In this document: piece after piece, positions 40,076-50,059 of the stretch
Numbering within the stretch: the stretch's first letter is position 1
Layout of the letters: every line of letters starts with the position of its first letter
Source of the DNA: an uncultured delta proteobacterium
GTDB lineage: Bacteria > Desulfobacterota > Binatia > UBA9968
Direction of reading: 5' to 3'
Assembly (NCBI GenBank): GCA_963771465.1
Contig: CAVYTU010000018.1
Location: 64,001-128,000 of the forward strand
DNA length: 64,000 nucleotides
The notes under the pieces: generated by a model
The model's input: the letters and a program-made list of their open reading frames with translations, nothing else
The model's database searches: none
Told to the model about the DNA's origin: nothing
Program-made: the position numbers and the translations under genes

Positions 40076-40934
40076 TTAAGCAAACTTCGCCGTCGCCGTC
40101 ATCGCTACATTGCCCGCGCCGTCCAGCGCCCACAATGCCGCAGCTCTACCGTCCGGGTTCGGCGTTCCATTGAGCATGACTTTGCCGCCGGTGTCATAAA
40201 CCGAACGTAAATTTTGAAAATCGAATTGAGTCATGCGCTTTGCCGGTAACTCTCGTCGGCACATTTCCATCAGCAATTGCGAGATCAGCGAGCTTTGCAC
40301 GACTAAGCCCGGCAGTTTCTCGACTTTGGTGACGTAGTCGCGATCGTAGTGAATGCGGTGGCTATTGAACCTTATCGCCGAGAAGCGAAACAGCAGCGGC
40401 GTATTGGGCTCGATCACTTGCTGCCACTGTGCGCTGGGCGGAACGTTCGGCGAACTCTTGGGCGCGGCATCGGCTCGCGCTTCGCTGAGCATGACCATGT
40501 CGCGCTCCTCGACGACGCACAGGCCGCGGCTGGGTGGACAGGCTGTTGCGCTCGATGATCGTCGCTTGAGCGCCGTTCGGGCCGTCGTCGATTTGAATAT
40601 CGGCGATCTCGGTCTTGCGGCTGATCTCGTCGCCGATTCTTAACGGCTCATGAAACGCGACGCGGGTGCCGCCGATGCGCCGGCGCGGCAGCGGTATCGC
40701 CGGCATGAAACCTCCACCGGACGCTTGTCCGTCCTCACGCATCTTGTTGGGCCGGTGCGACGCAGGAAAGAATCCGCCGTACCAACCCGGGGGAATCGGC
40801 GAACCTTTTTCCAGCGGCGGATTTTCCAGTCCCAACGTTGCGGCGAACTTCACCATCGCCGACGCCGTCACCACGTCCGTCGCGGTTTCGCTTTTGCCGA
40901 TATAGCTTTTGAAACTTTCTAAAGATTCAGCCAT
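40076..40934 (-). CDS. Double hot-dog (FAS1/MaoC-like, mesaconyl/itaconyl-CoA hydratase type) dehydratase; +1 frameshift at about 40533
   Basis: PPGWY, DG...GGFMPAIPLPRRRIGG, LLFRFSAIRFNSHRIHYDRDY...PGLVV. One extra C splits the ORF. Confidence 0.82.
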
Positions 40935-41078
40935 TGGGATTGCCTCCACATGTTTTTCTTCATGACACTAATTCGCCGCGGATCACTGTGTCAAGTTGAG
41001 AATGAACTTCAATCTCGGTAGCTCGGAGAATGTTATTTGACAAGGCTAATATCGCTGATTCGCAACGATGACGGAGAT

Positions 41079-41669
41079 CTAAATCAACTTCTTCTCGTGT
41101 CGTTTGGAAGCTAGTCTAGCGCCGCAAAACGCAAGGCCAAGGCAACTGCCAAACTGTACACAAACAATGATCGCTTTTTCCAGAGTAGAGAAAGAATCGG
41201 CCTTCGGAGACATCAAAGGATTGGTAATAAAGAATGACAGCGCAGGAACTATTCCGGCCAGAGCCCACGTTCGAGCGAGCAGACCGCCAAGAAAGCCGAC
41301 GAGGGCAAACATCAAAACGCTAACAGATAAAATGAGTAGAAACCAATAAATGTCAGATAAAAACTGCACGCTAAGGTCAGTGAAGGCTTGTTTATCGACT
41401 TCGGAGAGTTTTCGAAATCCGTGTTCATCAGTAGGGGTTATTCCTCTCGCTTTCAAGAAAGACTCCAGTACTTGGGTGTGTTGTGAGTTGCGCGACCAAG
41501 CGAAACCTCCTATCACCCCTCCTGCGAGGCCCCATATGAGTGGAGTTAGAATGACAGGAGCCACTAGAGCTACTATGTAAACAATTAGTGTGCGCCTAGT
41601 AAACTCGCTTTTAAGGTCCATGAATCTACGTTGTGCGGTTGCGGATGCAGGCGCGAGACTCTTGCTCAC
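41079..41669 (-). CDS. Hypothetical multi-TM membrane protein with lower GC
   Basis: Open 196-aa frame with 3-4 hydrophobic segments; visibly more AT-rich than its flanks. The start may be 41621. Confidence 0.55.
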   Translation of the reverse strand: MSKSLAPASATAQRRFMDLKSEFTRRTLIVYIVALVAPVILTPLIWGLAGGVIGGFAWSRNSQHTQVLESFLKARGITPTDEHGFRKLSEVDKQAFTDLSVQFLSDIYWFLLILSVSVLMFALVGFLGGLLARTWALAGIVPALSFFITNPLMSPKADSFSTLEKAIIVCVQFGSCLGLAFCGARLASKRHEKKLI

Positions 41670-41743
41670 TCTAGTTAATGCACATATCTTGGAGGCCCGC
41701 TCGAATAGTTGTCAAATAATCAAACTGCCTTGCCGGCAACATT

Positions 41744-42034
41744 TTACCGTGTCCGGTTGTACACGTAATCTTCGCGCTCGGTCGTGCCGACGCGTAGCTC
41801 GGCCGGCAGCGGCGCGCGCGTGGCGTTTACTTTGGAATGAACGTCCAACGCGGCTGGGTCGGTCCAGCGTTCGAGAATGACCAAGTTGTCGGAATGAACG
41901 ACGCTTTGAAAAACCTCGAACTGTTCGCAGCCGGGTTCTTTCATGATGTCTTCGCAGCGCGCTTTGTAAAGTTTACCGAGCTCGGTGCCTTTTCCCGGGG
42001 CGGCGGTTATTTTAACGATGAGTCGAACTGCCAT
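41744..42034 (-). CDS. ABM-family (putative quinol) monooxygenase
   Basis: VKITAAPGKG, EPGCEQFEVFQS, LERWTD.AALDVH. GGAGG RBS. Confidence 0.85.
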   Translation of the reverse strand: MAVRLIVKITAAPGKGTELGKLYKARCEDIMKEPGCEQFEVFQSVVHSDNLVILERWTDPAALDVHSKVNATRAPLPAELRVGTTEREDYVYNRTR

Positions 42035-42148
42035 GATATTCCTCCTTGCAATTGGGGCGATCAATTAACGATGCTGAACTATCGTTCAGTTGTGCGGACG
42101 GTGTCAAGAACTAAGAACTCAGCGAGCGAGGGGAAAAAGAGTTGCGCA

Positions 42149-42592
42149 TCAGCGCATCGACCACCAACCTTTATCAATGGTGCGGGCGCAGTATCGGCGC
42201 GGCGAATCGACGGCGATCTTGTTGCCGCTGAGATAGCCGTTGAGTTCGAAACAGATGCGGTTGCCGGTTAGGCGATAATCTTCGACGCTGTACAGCAGGA
42301 TTTCGTTGGCGCCGAGGCTCAACTCGACTTGCCGTTCTTGCGTTACCGGAATCGATGCTTCCGTTTCGACGATAGTGAGTGTGGTCGAGCACAACTCCGC
42401 GCTATCGGAACGCACCATGGCGCGCCATTGGTCGATCTTGCGCGCCGCGGGCAGGGGATCGGGGAACATCGTCAGCGAGATGACTTCGAGGTTGGGCGCC
42501 TTGCCGCACCTGACCAGATAGGGACTTGGCATGGCGCCGCAGCCGTAAAGTCCGAGAACGATTGAACTGAGATAAGCGATGCGTCTGAACAT
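42149..42592 (-). CDS. Hypothetical lipoprotein
   Basis: Lipobox-like signal MFRRIAYLSSIVLGLYG|C; four further Cys. Confidence 0.6.
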   Translation of the reverse strand: MFRRIAYLSSIVLGLYGCGAMPSPYLVRCGKAPNLEVISLTMFPDPLPAARKIDQWRAMVRSDSAELCSTTLTIVETEASIPVTQERQVELSLGANEILLYSVEDYRLTGNRICFELNGYLSGNKIAVDSPRRYCARTIDKGWWSMR

Positions 42593-42630
42593 TAGCTTCA
42601 CTGCGAGATGATCGTTAGTCACGTCATTAC

Positions 42631-43290
42631 TTAATTGGACAAACTTTTTAATATCGGCTCCAACACCTTCCACACGTTGGCGGCGACGATTTCGTGGCCC
42701 TTCGCCGTGGGATGAATGCCGTCCGGTAAATTGAGTGTGCGCACGCCGCCGACGCCTTCGAGGACAAACGGGATCAGTGCGGCTTGGTTTTTCTTGGCGA
42801 GGGCCGGAAAGATCGCGTTGAATTGTTTGGCGTAGTCGGCTCCCATGTTGGGCGGCACCTGCATGCCGGCGAGAACGATTTTTACCGTCGGGTATTTTGC
42901 TTTGGTGCGATCGATGATCGCTTGAAGATTGTTGTGCGTGGTTTCCGCGGGGAGGCCGCGCAGACCGTCATTGCCGCCGAGCTCCAGTATCAGGACATCG
43001 ACGCGATTTTTCAAAAGCCAATTGAGCCGGTTCAAACCGCCGGCGCTGGTGTCGCCGCTCTGGCCGGCGTTGATCGCATTGAATGGCCACCGTTTGGCCT
43101 CGATCTTGGCTTGGATCAGAGCGGGATAGGCCTGCGCCGTTTCCAGGCCGTAACCGGCGGTGATGCTATCGCCAAGAAATAAAATATTCTTCGGCGGCGG
43201 CGCGGCGGCGCCCAACCCTAAAAATAACCCGCCGATGAAGAGAACCGCACGAGTCGTTCGGCCAATGGCATTGAGTTGTGTCGGGGGCAT
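42631..43290 (-). CDS. tesA: SGNH/GDSL arylesterase (TesA-like)
   Basis: LGDSITAGYG, NAGQSGDT, ELGGNDGLRG, DGIHP. Divergent from ybbA-ybbP as in E. coli. Confidence 0.88.
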   Translation of the reverse strand: MPPTQLNAIGRTTRAVLFIGGLFLGLGAAAPPPKNILFLGDSITAGYGLETAQAYPALIQAKIEAKRWPFNAINAGQSGDTSAGGLNRLNWLLKNRVDVLILELGGNDGLRGLPAETTHNNLQAIIDRTKAKYPTVKIVLAGMQVPPNMGADYAKQFNAIFPALAKKNQAALIPFVLEGVGGVRTLNLPDGIHPTAKGHEIVAANVWKVLEPILKSLSN

Positions 43291-43350
43291 AAAAGTTTTA
43301 ACTTTGGGCACCTTGTTTCGCACGAGCATCATTACCACGTTGCCAACAAC

Positions 43351-44061
43351 ATGAGCGCAAGCACCATCCTCAAGGTAGAGCATTTGAGCAAGGATTTTAA
43401 GAGCGGGGACGACACCGTTCAGGTTTTGACCGATGTCTCGTTCGCCGTGGAGGCTGGCAGCACGTGCGCCATCGTCGGCCCGTCGGGCAGTGGCAAGACC
43501 ACCTTGATCGCCATTTGTGCCGGTCTTGAGCGGCCGAGCGAAGGCGCCGTGCTGTTCGACGACGTGGCGCTCCATAAGGCGAGCGAAGAGCAACTAGCGC
43601 GTATTCGCAATCAATCCATCGGTTTTATCTTTCAAAGTTTTCAACTGCTGCCGTCGTTGACGGCGTTGGAAAACGTCATGGTGCCGGCCGAGATCAACGG
43701 TGAAAAGCTAGTGCGCGGCAGCGCCATCGAGCTCCTCGGCCGCGTCGGTCTCGGCCGCCGGCTGCACCATTTCCCGGCGCAGCTCTCCGGCGGGGAGCAG
43801 CAGCGTGTGGCGATCGCGCGCGCGTTCATGAATTCGCCGAAAGTTCTCTTTGCCGATGAACCCACCGGCAACCTCGACACCGAGACCGCCGAGAGCATCG
43901 TCAAATTGATCTTCAACCTCAACGCCAATAGCGGCACGACCTTGATCCTTGTCACCCATGATCGAGAGTTGACCCAACTAGCGGATCGAACGATCAGTCT
44001 GCGCGGCGGCAGGCTGGTCTCGGACAACCAGCGCGTGCTTGTGACCGCCGGAGGCGATTGA
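43351..44061 (+). CDS. ybbA: ABC transporter ATP-binding protein (YbbA/LolD-like)
   Basis: GPSGSGKT, LSGGEQQRVAIARA, FADEPTGNLD, VTHD. Confidence 0.9.
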   Translation: MSASTILKVEHLSKDFKSGDDTVQVLTDVSFAVEAGSTCAIVGPSGSGKTTLIAICAGLERPSEGAVLFDDVALHKASEEQLARIRNQSIGFIFQSFQLLPSLTALENVMVPAEINGEKLVRGSAIELLGRVGLGRRLHHFPAQLSGGEQQRVAIARAFMNSPKVLFADEPTGNLDTETAESIVKLIFNLNANSGTTLILVTHDRELTQLADRTISLRGGRLVSDNQRVLVTAGGD

Positions 44062-44077
44062 CAGGGCAGGCAAACGC

Positions 44078-46615
44078 ATGAGAGGGTTTTTCAAAATATG
44101 GGTGTGGTGCATGGCGCTCCGCGATGGTCGGCGCGGCGCTCGGCCGTTACTGATTTCCATGTCCTGCGTTGTCTTAGCAGTGGCGTCGGTGGTGGTGGCG
44201 TTTTCGTTTCGAGAGAACTTACTGACGAGCATCCAAGCGCAATCGAAAAGCCTGCTCGGCGCCGATCTGGCAATCGATAGCCGCGAGCCGTTTTCCCCGG
44301 AAGATGAGGCGCTGATCCGTTCCCTGGGCGGCGATCAATCACGCCAAATCGGATTCACGTCGATGGTTTACTTTCCCGCCAGCGGCGGCTCCCGCTTGGT
44401 GCAAGTGCGCGCCATCAGCGGCGGCTTTCCTTATTACGGCGCCCTGGAAACCGAGCCGGCTTTTTCCTCGGCGTCGTTCCACGGCGGTGCCAATGCGCTG
44501 GTCGATGAAAACGTCTTGCTGCAATACAACGCCAAGGTTGGCGAAACAATTAAGATCGGCGAATTTGAGTTCTTGATCGCCGGCAAACTGCGCAAGATTC
44601 CCGGTGAAACTTTGGCCTTCTCGCTGATCAGTCCGCGGGTTTATATCCCGATGGATTATCTCGATCGCACCCAACTGGTTCAGAAAGGGAGTTTGGTGCG
44701 CTACCGGGTTTATTTTAAATTGCCCGGTGATACCGACGTCGATCGCTTAGTCGCCAGTCTCAAGGCAAGGCTGCAACAGTTGCAGTTGGAAGCCGATACC
44801 GTCACGCGCCGCGCCGCTTCGATCGCCAACTCGATGGAAAACCTCTCACGCTATCTGAGACTGGCGGTTTTCGTCGCCGTGTTACTCGCCGGGGTCGGTG
44901 TCGCCAGCGTCATGCATGTCTATGCCAAAGAAAAAACCCGCGCGGCGGCGCTGCTTCGCTGTATCGGCGCGGGACCGCGCGAGACCGTCGCGGTTTACCT
45001 CCTACAAGTGATCCTGCTTACGCTGCTAAGCTCCGCGTTTGGCGTGGCGCTGGGTGTCGCGGCTCAGTACGCCTTGCCCCATGCGTTAAAAGATTTCATT
45101 CCAGTGACCACCGTGATGCACATCGCGCCGAACAGTATCGGCGCCGGGCTTGGCATTGGACTCGGCACGGCCGTGCTCTTTGCCCTGATTCCGTTATTGC
45201 CGTTGCGGCGAGTCTCGCCGTTGCTCGCGCTGCGCGCGTCATTCGAGCCGGAGGAGCGGTCGAGGGACCCGTTGGTGCCGCTCATCGTCCTGCTGATCGT
45301 CGCGCTGATCGCGGCATTCGCTATCGCGATCACCGGCTCCTGGCTTCACGGCGCGATTTTTACCGTCGGCGTGCTCGGCGTATTCGCCTTGCTCGGATTG
45401 ATCGCGCGCGGCGGCGCGCTGCTCATGCGCCGGCTGGCGCCGAGCGCGCTGCCATTCGCTTGGCGCCAAGGTTTGGCGAATCTTCATCGTCCTAAAAATC
45501 AGACCCTCGCGGTCACGTTGTCCATCGGCCTCGGCGCTTTCCTCCTGGTGACGTTATACAGCGTACAGAATATTTTGGTCGACCAGGTCACACGGCGCAG
45601 CGGCCAAGGCGATCCGAACATGGTGCTCTTTGACGTGCAAAACGATCAACGTCAGGGAATCGCCAAGCTCTTGCAGTCGTCCAAGATTCCGCTTCATGCC
45701 GAAGTGCCGATCGTCACCATGCGGCTCACCGCGATCAAAGGACGAAGAGTCGAAATTTTGCGCAGCGACACGAAGGAGAGAATTCCCGACTGGGCGCTGC
45801 GGCGTGAGTATCGTTCAACCTATCGTGCCGGCCTCACCGGCACCGAGGAGATCATTAAGGGCGTATGGCAGGGGAAGGTCGGCGAAAACGTCCAGCCGAT
45901 TCCGGTGTCGGTGGAAAAAGGCCTCGCCGAGACACTGAAAGTCGATGTCGGCGATGATTTGCAGTTCGAGATCCAGGGCGTACCGTTGGCGACGCGGATC
46001 GCAAGCCTGCGTGAAGTCGAATGGCAGCGGGTGCAGCCGAATTTTTTTGTCGTCTTTCCAGAGGGAGTGCTGGAGAGCGCGCCGCAGTTCTACGCCATAG
46101 TGGCGCGCGCCGCGTCGACCCAGGCATCGGCGCAACTCCAGCGCGCCGTGGTCGAACAGTTTCCCAACGTATCGGTGATCGACTTAAGTTTGGTGCTCAA
46201 TACGCTCAATCAGATTCTTAGCCGTGTTTCTTACGCCATGCGATTTGTCGCGCTGTTCACGATTCTCACCGGCATAGCCGTCTTGGCGAGCGCTGTGCTC
46301 GGCAGCCGGATGCAACGGCTCAGAGAAAGCATCCTATTGAGAACCCTCGGGGCGCCGCGTTCGTTGGTCTTGATCTCGGTCATCGCCGAGTATCTTTTCC
46401 TCGGCGCTCTCGGCAGTATCGCCGGCGCCGTGCTTGGCGTGGCCGCCAGCTGGGCTTTGAGCTACTACTTTTTTGGCGCCTCGGTCGCGCTCTTCGTGAT
46501 GCCCGCGGTAGTCATCCCGGCGCTAGTCACCGTCGCGACGGTTTTGGCCGGCGTGATGGGCTGCTGGGGACTACTGCGCGCCCCGGCGCTCGAAACATTG
46601 CGGGCGGAAGCGTGA
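44078..46615 (+). CDS. ybbP: ABC transporter FtsX-like permease (YbbP-like)
   Basis: LLGADL, GFPYYG, LREVEWQRVQPNFFVVF, RESILLRTLGA; two FtsX-like halves. Confidence 0.88.
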   Translation: MRGFFKIWVWCMALRDGRRGARPLLISMSCVVLAVASVVVAFSFRENLLTSIQAQSKSLLGADLAIDSREPFSPEDEALIRSLGGDQSRQIGFTSMVYFPASGGSRLVQVRAISGGFPYYGALETEPAFSSASFHGGANALVDENVLLQYNAKVGETIKIGEFEFLIAGKLRKIPGETLAFSLISPRVYIPMDYLDRTQLVQKGSLVRYRVYFKLPGDTDVDRLVASLKARLQQLQLEADTVTRRAASIANSMENLSRYLRLAVFVAVLLAGVGVASVMHVYAKEKTRAAALLRCIGAGPRETVAVYLLQVILLTLLSSAFGVALGVAAQYALPHALKDFIPVTTVMHIAPNSIGAGLGIGLGTAVLFALIPLLPLRRVSPLLALRASFEPEERSRDPLVPLIVLLIVALIAAFAIAITGSWLHGAIFTVGVLGVFALLGLIARGGALLMRRLAPSALPFAWRQGLANLHRPKNQTLAVTLSIGLGAFLLVTLYSVQNILVDQVTRRSGQGDPNMVLFDVQNDQRQGIAKLLQSSKIPLHAEVPIVTMRLTAIKGRRVEILRSDTKERIPDWALRREYRSTYRAGLTGTEEIIKGVWQGKVGENVQPIPVSVEKGLAETLKVDVGDDLQFEIQGVPLATRIASLREVEWQRVQPNFFVVFPEGVLESAPQFYAIVARAASTQASAQLQRAVVEQFPNVSVIDLSLVLNTLNQILSRVSYAMRFVALFTILTGIAVLASAVLGSRMQRLRESILLRTLGAPRSLVLISVIAEYLFLGALGSIAGAVLGVAASWALSYYFFGASVALFVMPAVVIPALVTVATVLAGVMGCWGLLRAPALETLRAEA

Positions 46616-46680
46616 GATGAACTCGTAGCAGGATCGCGGACCCTTCGCTCCGAGTGGACAGGAGAACGGTCAGATCGAAA

Positions 46681-47037
46681 TTATCGTGGGCTCCTGATTT
46701 CCATTTCTAAGCCGTTAGGATCTTGGACGAAGATGGTTGTCAACTTGCCTTCGCTGTCGCGATTCTCGCGCAGGATGTGGGCGCCTTTAACTTTAAATTC
46801 GCTGGCCACTCCATCGATATCGTCGGTGACGTAACCGTAATGGTGTACGCCGACCTCACCGGCTGATTCCATCAATTGGATGGACGGAGCGCCGGCGATG
46901 CGGACGAAACAGAAGCCGTAGCCGGCGCTGCCTTTTCTTATCGGCGTGGCGTGGCCGGCGAAGAATTTTTCGTAGAACTGGATCGACTCGGCAATGTCTT
47001 TGGTATAGATCGCAATGTGTTCCAATTGATAATTCAT
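46681..47037 (-). CDS. VOC/glyoxalase family protein
   Basis: LEHIAIYTKDIAESIQFY, HHYGYVTDDID, FVQDPNGLEMEI. Confidence 0.88.
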   Translation of the reverse strand: MNYQLEHIAIYTKDIAESIQFYEKFFAGHATPIRKGSAGYGFCFVRIAGAPSIQLMESAGEVGVHHYGYVTDDIDGVASEFKVKGAHILRENRDSEGKLTTIFVQDPNGLEMEIRSPR

Positions 47038-47076
47038 ATCGGCCTCGCTAATTAATCGTTGATCCGGCATTGCCGC

Positions 47077-48159
47077 CTAGAAGTTGATCACCGCTTTCAC
47101 CACTGAATAACTGGCCATCGCCTCCATCGCTTCGTTGATCTGATCGAGCTGGTAACTTTTGCTGATCATTTCTTCGAAGGGAAACGTTTTTTTGCGCGAA
47201 GCGAGAAAATCGATCGCTTGGAGCCAGTGGCGCGGCTCACCGGAGCGCACGGTGATGAAAAGCATCTCTTGGGGAATCTTCTCAACCGCGATGTTCGCTT
47301 TGCCGCCGGCGCCGATGTTCAAATAACGGCCGCCGTCGCGAAGTAGCGTGAGCCCTTCGGGCACGGCCATGTTATTGGCCACCTGAACCACGATGTCCGC
47401 GCCGCGACCGTCGGTGTAATCTTTTACCCACTGGCGGCGTTGTTTTTCTTCTTTAACTTCTTCGAGATTCAGAACCGCGTCGGCTCCCATTTTCTTGGTG
47501 ACTTCCAGGCGATTAGCCGGCGCGCCGATGACCAGGACTTTCTTGGCACCGTGATCTTTGGCCACTGCGGTGGCGAAGTTGCCGAGCGGGCCGCTGCCTT
47601 GAATGACCACAGTCTCGTGGCTCTTGATCGCGCCGAGACGGTCGAAGCCGTGCATCACGGTTCGGTAAGCGCAGGCCGAGGCGGCCGCCGAGGCGGATGA
47701 GACTTCGTCGGGAACCTTGATGATCAGACATTCTTTGGGCACGTACATGTACTCGGCGCAGCTGCCGAGGAGATAGGGATGCTGGTCGCTGCGGTTATGC
47801 CCCCAGGACGCGCGTCCGCGACAGATGCAAGGCTGGCAGGCGACCGCGCAATAATAACAAGAACCGCAGGCGACGTAGCTCCAGACGACTCGATCGCCGC
47901 GCTTTATCGGATTGCCAAGGATATCGGTGCGCTCGCCGGCGATATCTTCAACCGTGCCGCAGGGTTCGTGGCCGGTGATGATCGGCAGGGTGTCGCTGTC
48001 TCCCAGTGGACCATGCCACCGGTGCACATCGGTGCCGCATAACGTCGACGCGGTGATTTTTATCAGCAACGATCCCGGATCGAGATCGGGGATCTGCACT
48101 TGCTCGATGGTCAATGGTTTGTTGTGTTCGGTAATTACCGCCGCCCGGCAAGTCGTCAT
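47077..48159 (-). CDS. Zinc-dependent alcohol dehydrogenase (MDR)
   Basis: CGTDVH, GHEPCG, CGSCYYC...C, QGSGPLG. Confidence 0.92.
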   Translation of the reverse strand: MTTCRAAVITEHNKPLTIEQVQIPDLDPGSLLIKITASTLCGTDVHRWHGPLGDSDTLPIITGHEPCGTVEDIAGERTDILGNPIKRGDRVVWSYVACGSCYYCAVACQPCICRGRASWGHNRSDQHPYLLGSCAEYMYVPKECLIIKVPDEVSSASAAASACAYRTVMHGFDRLGAIKSHETVVIQGSGPLGNFATAVAKDHGAKKVLVIGAPANRLEVTKKMGADAVLNLEEVKEEKQRRQWVKDYTDGRGADIVVQVANNMAVPEGLTLLRDGGRYLNIGAGGKANIAVEKIPQEMLFITVRSGEPRHWLQAIDFLASRKKTFPFEEMISKSYQLDQINEAMEAMASYSVVKAVINF

Positions 48160-48222
48160 GGTATTACTCCGCAATGGTTTTTTCTTTGTTCACGCCCGCC
48201 GCCTCATGCCTCAAGGCCAAAT

Positions 48223-49308
48223 TCACAGTGGCAGTTTGTAGAACGTCTCGGCGTTGCGCCAAAGCATGCCGGCTTTATCATCCGCTGTGATCTCGCCGCT
48301 TTCCATCAGTTCGCCGAGGTCATGCTTGCAGCTTTCATGGGTGACTTCGTGGGGGAAGTCGGACGAATAGAGAAACGGTTTGTTGCCGACGAATTTGATA
48401 GCGAAGGGCAGGGTCAACTCTTCGGTTTCGATGCCGAGATAAAAGCGGTCGTCGTCGATCAGTTTTTTAATATAGTCGCTCGGCTCGTCGTCCTCACGAA
48501 TGCCAAATTCGCTGGCCGGGATATGTTGGAAGTGGGTTTCATGCGACGCGTGCAGTCTTTCGAGCAACAACAGCAGCCAGGCGACGCCGCCTTCCAAGAA
48601 GGCGATGCGAACTTTGGGGAAGCGGTCGAAGATGCCGTTGTAAAGAATATCGGCGCAGTTGATCGTCAAGCCCCAGGGGTGTCCGAGAGCATGCACCGGC
48701 ACGTACATGTTCATGTGATCCATGCCGAAGCGGTCATGAGCGCCGCCGTGCACGGCGAGACAGCAGCCGAGACGGTTGGCTTCTTCGTAAACCGGCCAAT
48801 ACATTTTCGAGCCGAGCGGATGGGCCAAGCCATTGGACGGCATCATGGCGCCGAGCATGCCAAGCTCGGTAACCGCGCGGCGCAGTTCCTTGGCGGCTTC
48901 CTGCGGGTCCTGCATCGGCAAAATTCCCATGCCCTTGAAGCGCGGGTTGTGCTTCACGTAGGTCTCGCTCAGCCAGTCGTTGTACGCTCTGGACGATGCG
49001 ACGGCATAATCCAAACTGACGATCTTACCATAGGCGAGCGCGACGGTCGGATAGAGCACGGTCCAGTCGATGCCGACATCGTCGAGAAATTCGAGCCAGC
49101 CTTTGGGGCCCACCGGGGCGCGCTGGTCACGCTGCGGCGGGGTTTCAACCGCACGACCTGAATGTAAGTGATCCAACGGCGGGAAGACCATGCCCTTGCG
49201 CGCCGCGATGTCGCGGTAGGGTGATTCCATATGGTCGATGATGCCCTTGTTGTCTTCGATAATATGGCCGTCGCCGTCGATTATTCGTGTGTTGAGATTT
49301 GTGCTCAT
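48223..49308 (-). CDS. Amidohydrolase_2 family metalloenzyme
   Basis: IDGDGH, VLYPT, AYNDWL, AVHGG, FLEGGVAW, YSSDFPH. Confidence 0.9.
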   Translation of the reverse strand: MSTNLNTRIIDGDGHIIEDNKGIIDHMESPYRDIAARKGMVFPPLDHLHSGRAVETPPQRDQRAPVGPKGWLEFLDDVGIDWTVLYPTVALAYGKIVSLDYAVASSRAYNDWLSETYVKHNPRFKGMGILPMQDPQEAAKELRRAVTELGMLGAMMPSNGLAHPLGSKMYWPVYEEANRLGCCLAVHGGAHDRFGMDHMNMYVPVHALGHPWGLTINCADILYNGIFDRFPKVRIAFLEGGVAWLLLLLERLHASHETHFQHIPASEFGIREDDEPSDYIKKLIDDDRFYLGIETEELTLPFAIKFVGNKPFLYSSDFPHEVTHESCKHDLGELMESGEITADDKAGMLWRNAETFYKLPL

Positions 49309-49482
49309 CCCAAATCCTTCCTACTTGAGTTCGAAACTGATTAACCGGTGCCGGCAGAAGCGACTTGCCTCATATAATCCGACTCGGCGGGCGGTATCAA
49401 GTCATCGGGTCCGTTGTATCTCGCCTTCCGTCCCGCTTTGATATAAGAAAGAGATATTCCGATACAGACAGTTGGAGGCGAC

Positions 49483-49731
49483 ATGGCTGAAGAGACGGTA
49501 GAACAAAAACTGGCGCGGTTAGAAGCGGAGAATCGACAGTTAAAAGAGCAAGTGGATCACAAAGGCCAGTTGCGCATGAAGGTCAGTGAAAAGGGCGGGC
49601 TGTCGATTTATGGTCTGGGCCGATTCCCGGTCACGCTCTACAAAGAACAGTGGAGTAGGCTGCTCGACCACGCTGAGGAAATCAAAACATTTCTAAAAGA
49701 CAACGATCAACAATTGAAAGCGAAGCAGTAG
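49483..49731 (+). CDS. Small hypothetical protein (coiled-coil start plus KVSEKGGLSIYGLGRFPVTLYKEQW domain)
   Basis: GGAGG RBS and an upstream TATAAG -10-like box; the sequence looks like a conserved hypothetical family I recall but cannot name. Confidence 0.8.
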   Translation: MAEETVEQKLARLEAENRQLKEQVDHKGQLRMKVSEKGGLSIYGLGRFPVTLYKEQWSRLLDHAEEIKTFLKDNDQQLKAKQ

Positions 49732-50059
49732 CTTGGCTCTGTTCTGGAAACCTGGCACCGATTCGATTTTATTCATCATTGGCGAGTTCGCTGCCGAGCG
49801 TGGCGACGTAATGTTTGCGTGAGTACTCGGTAATTCGCTCGCGGTAAACACGCGGCAGACGGGGTCGGATTCTCCATTTTGATTTATTTGGCAGTTTAAT
49901 CGCTAATTTGGGATAAATCAGTAGTTTCTAATACTCCGTGATGTTTTGGATTTCGAAATTCCCGCCAGAATTCCTTTGGCAAAATGGGTTCAAAGACGTA
50001 AAATACCTGGGTTCCGGCGCCCCAAGCGCATGGTAATTTCACCCGAGGCCTAAAGCCCA

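Noticed and set aside
33990-40540. Programmed ribosomal frameshifting in the three split genes
   Set aside because: No slippery sequences or stimulatory structures, and these families are not known to recode.
42631-46615. tesA-ybbA-ybbP as a novel system
   Set aside because: A widely conserved arrangement already known from E. coli.
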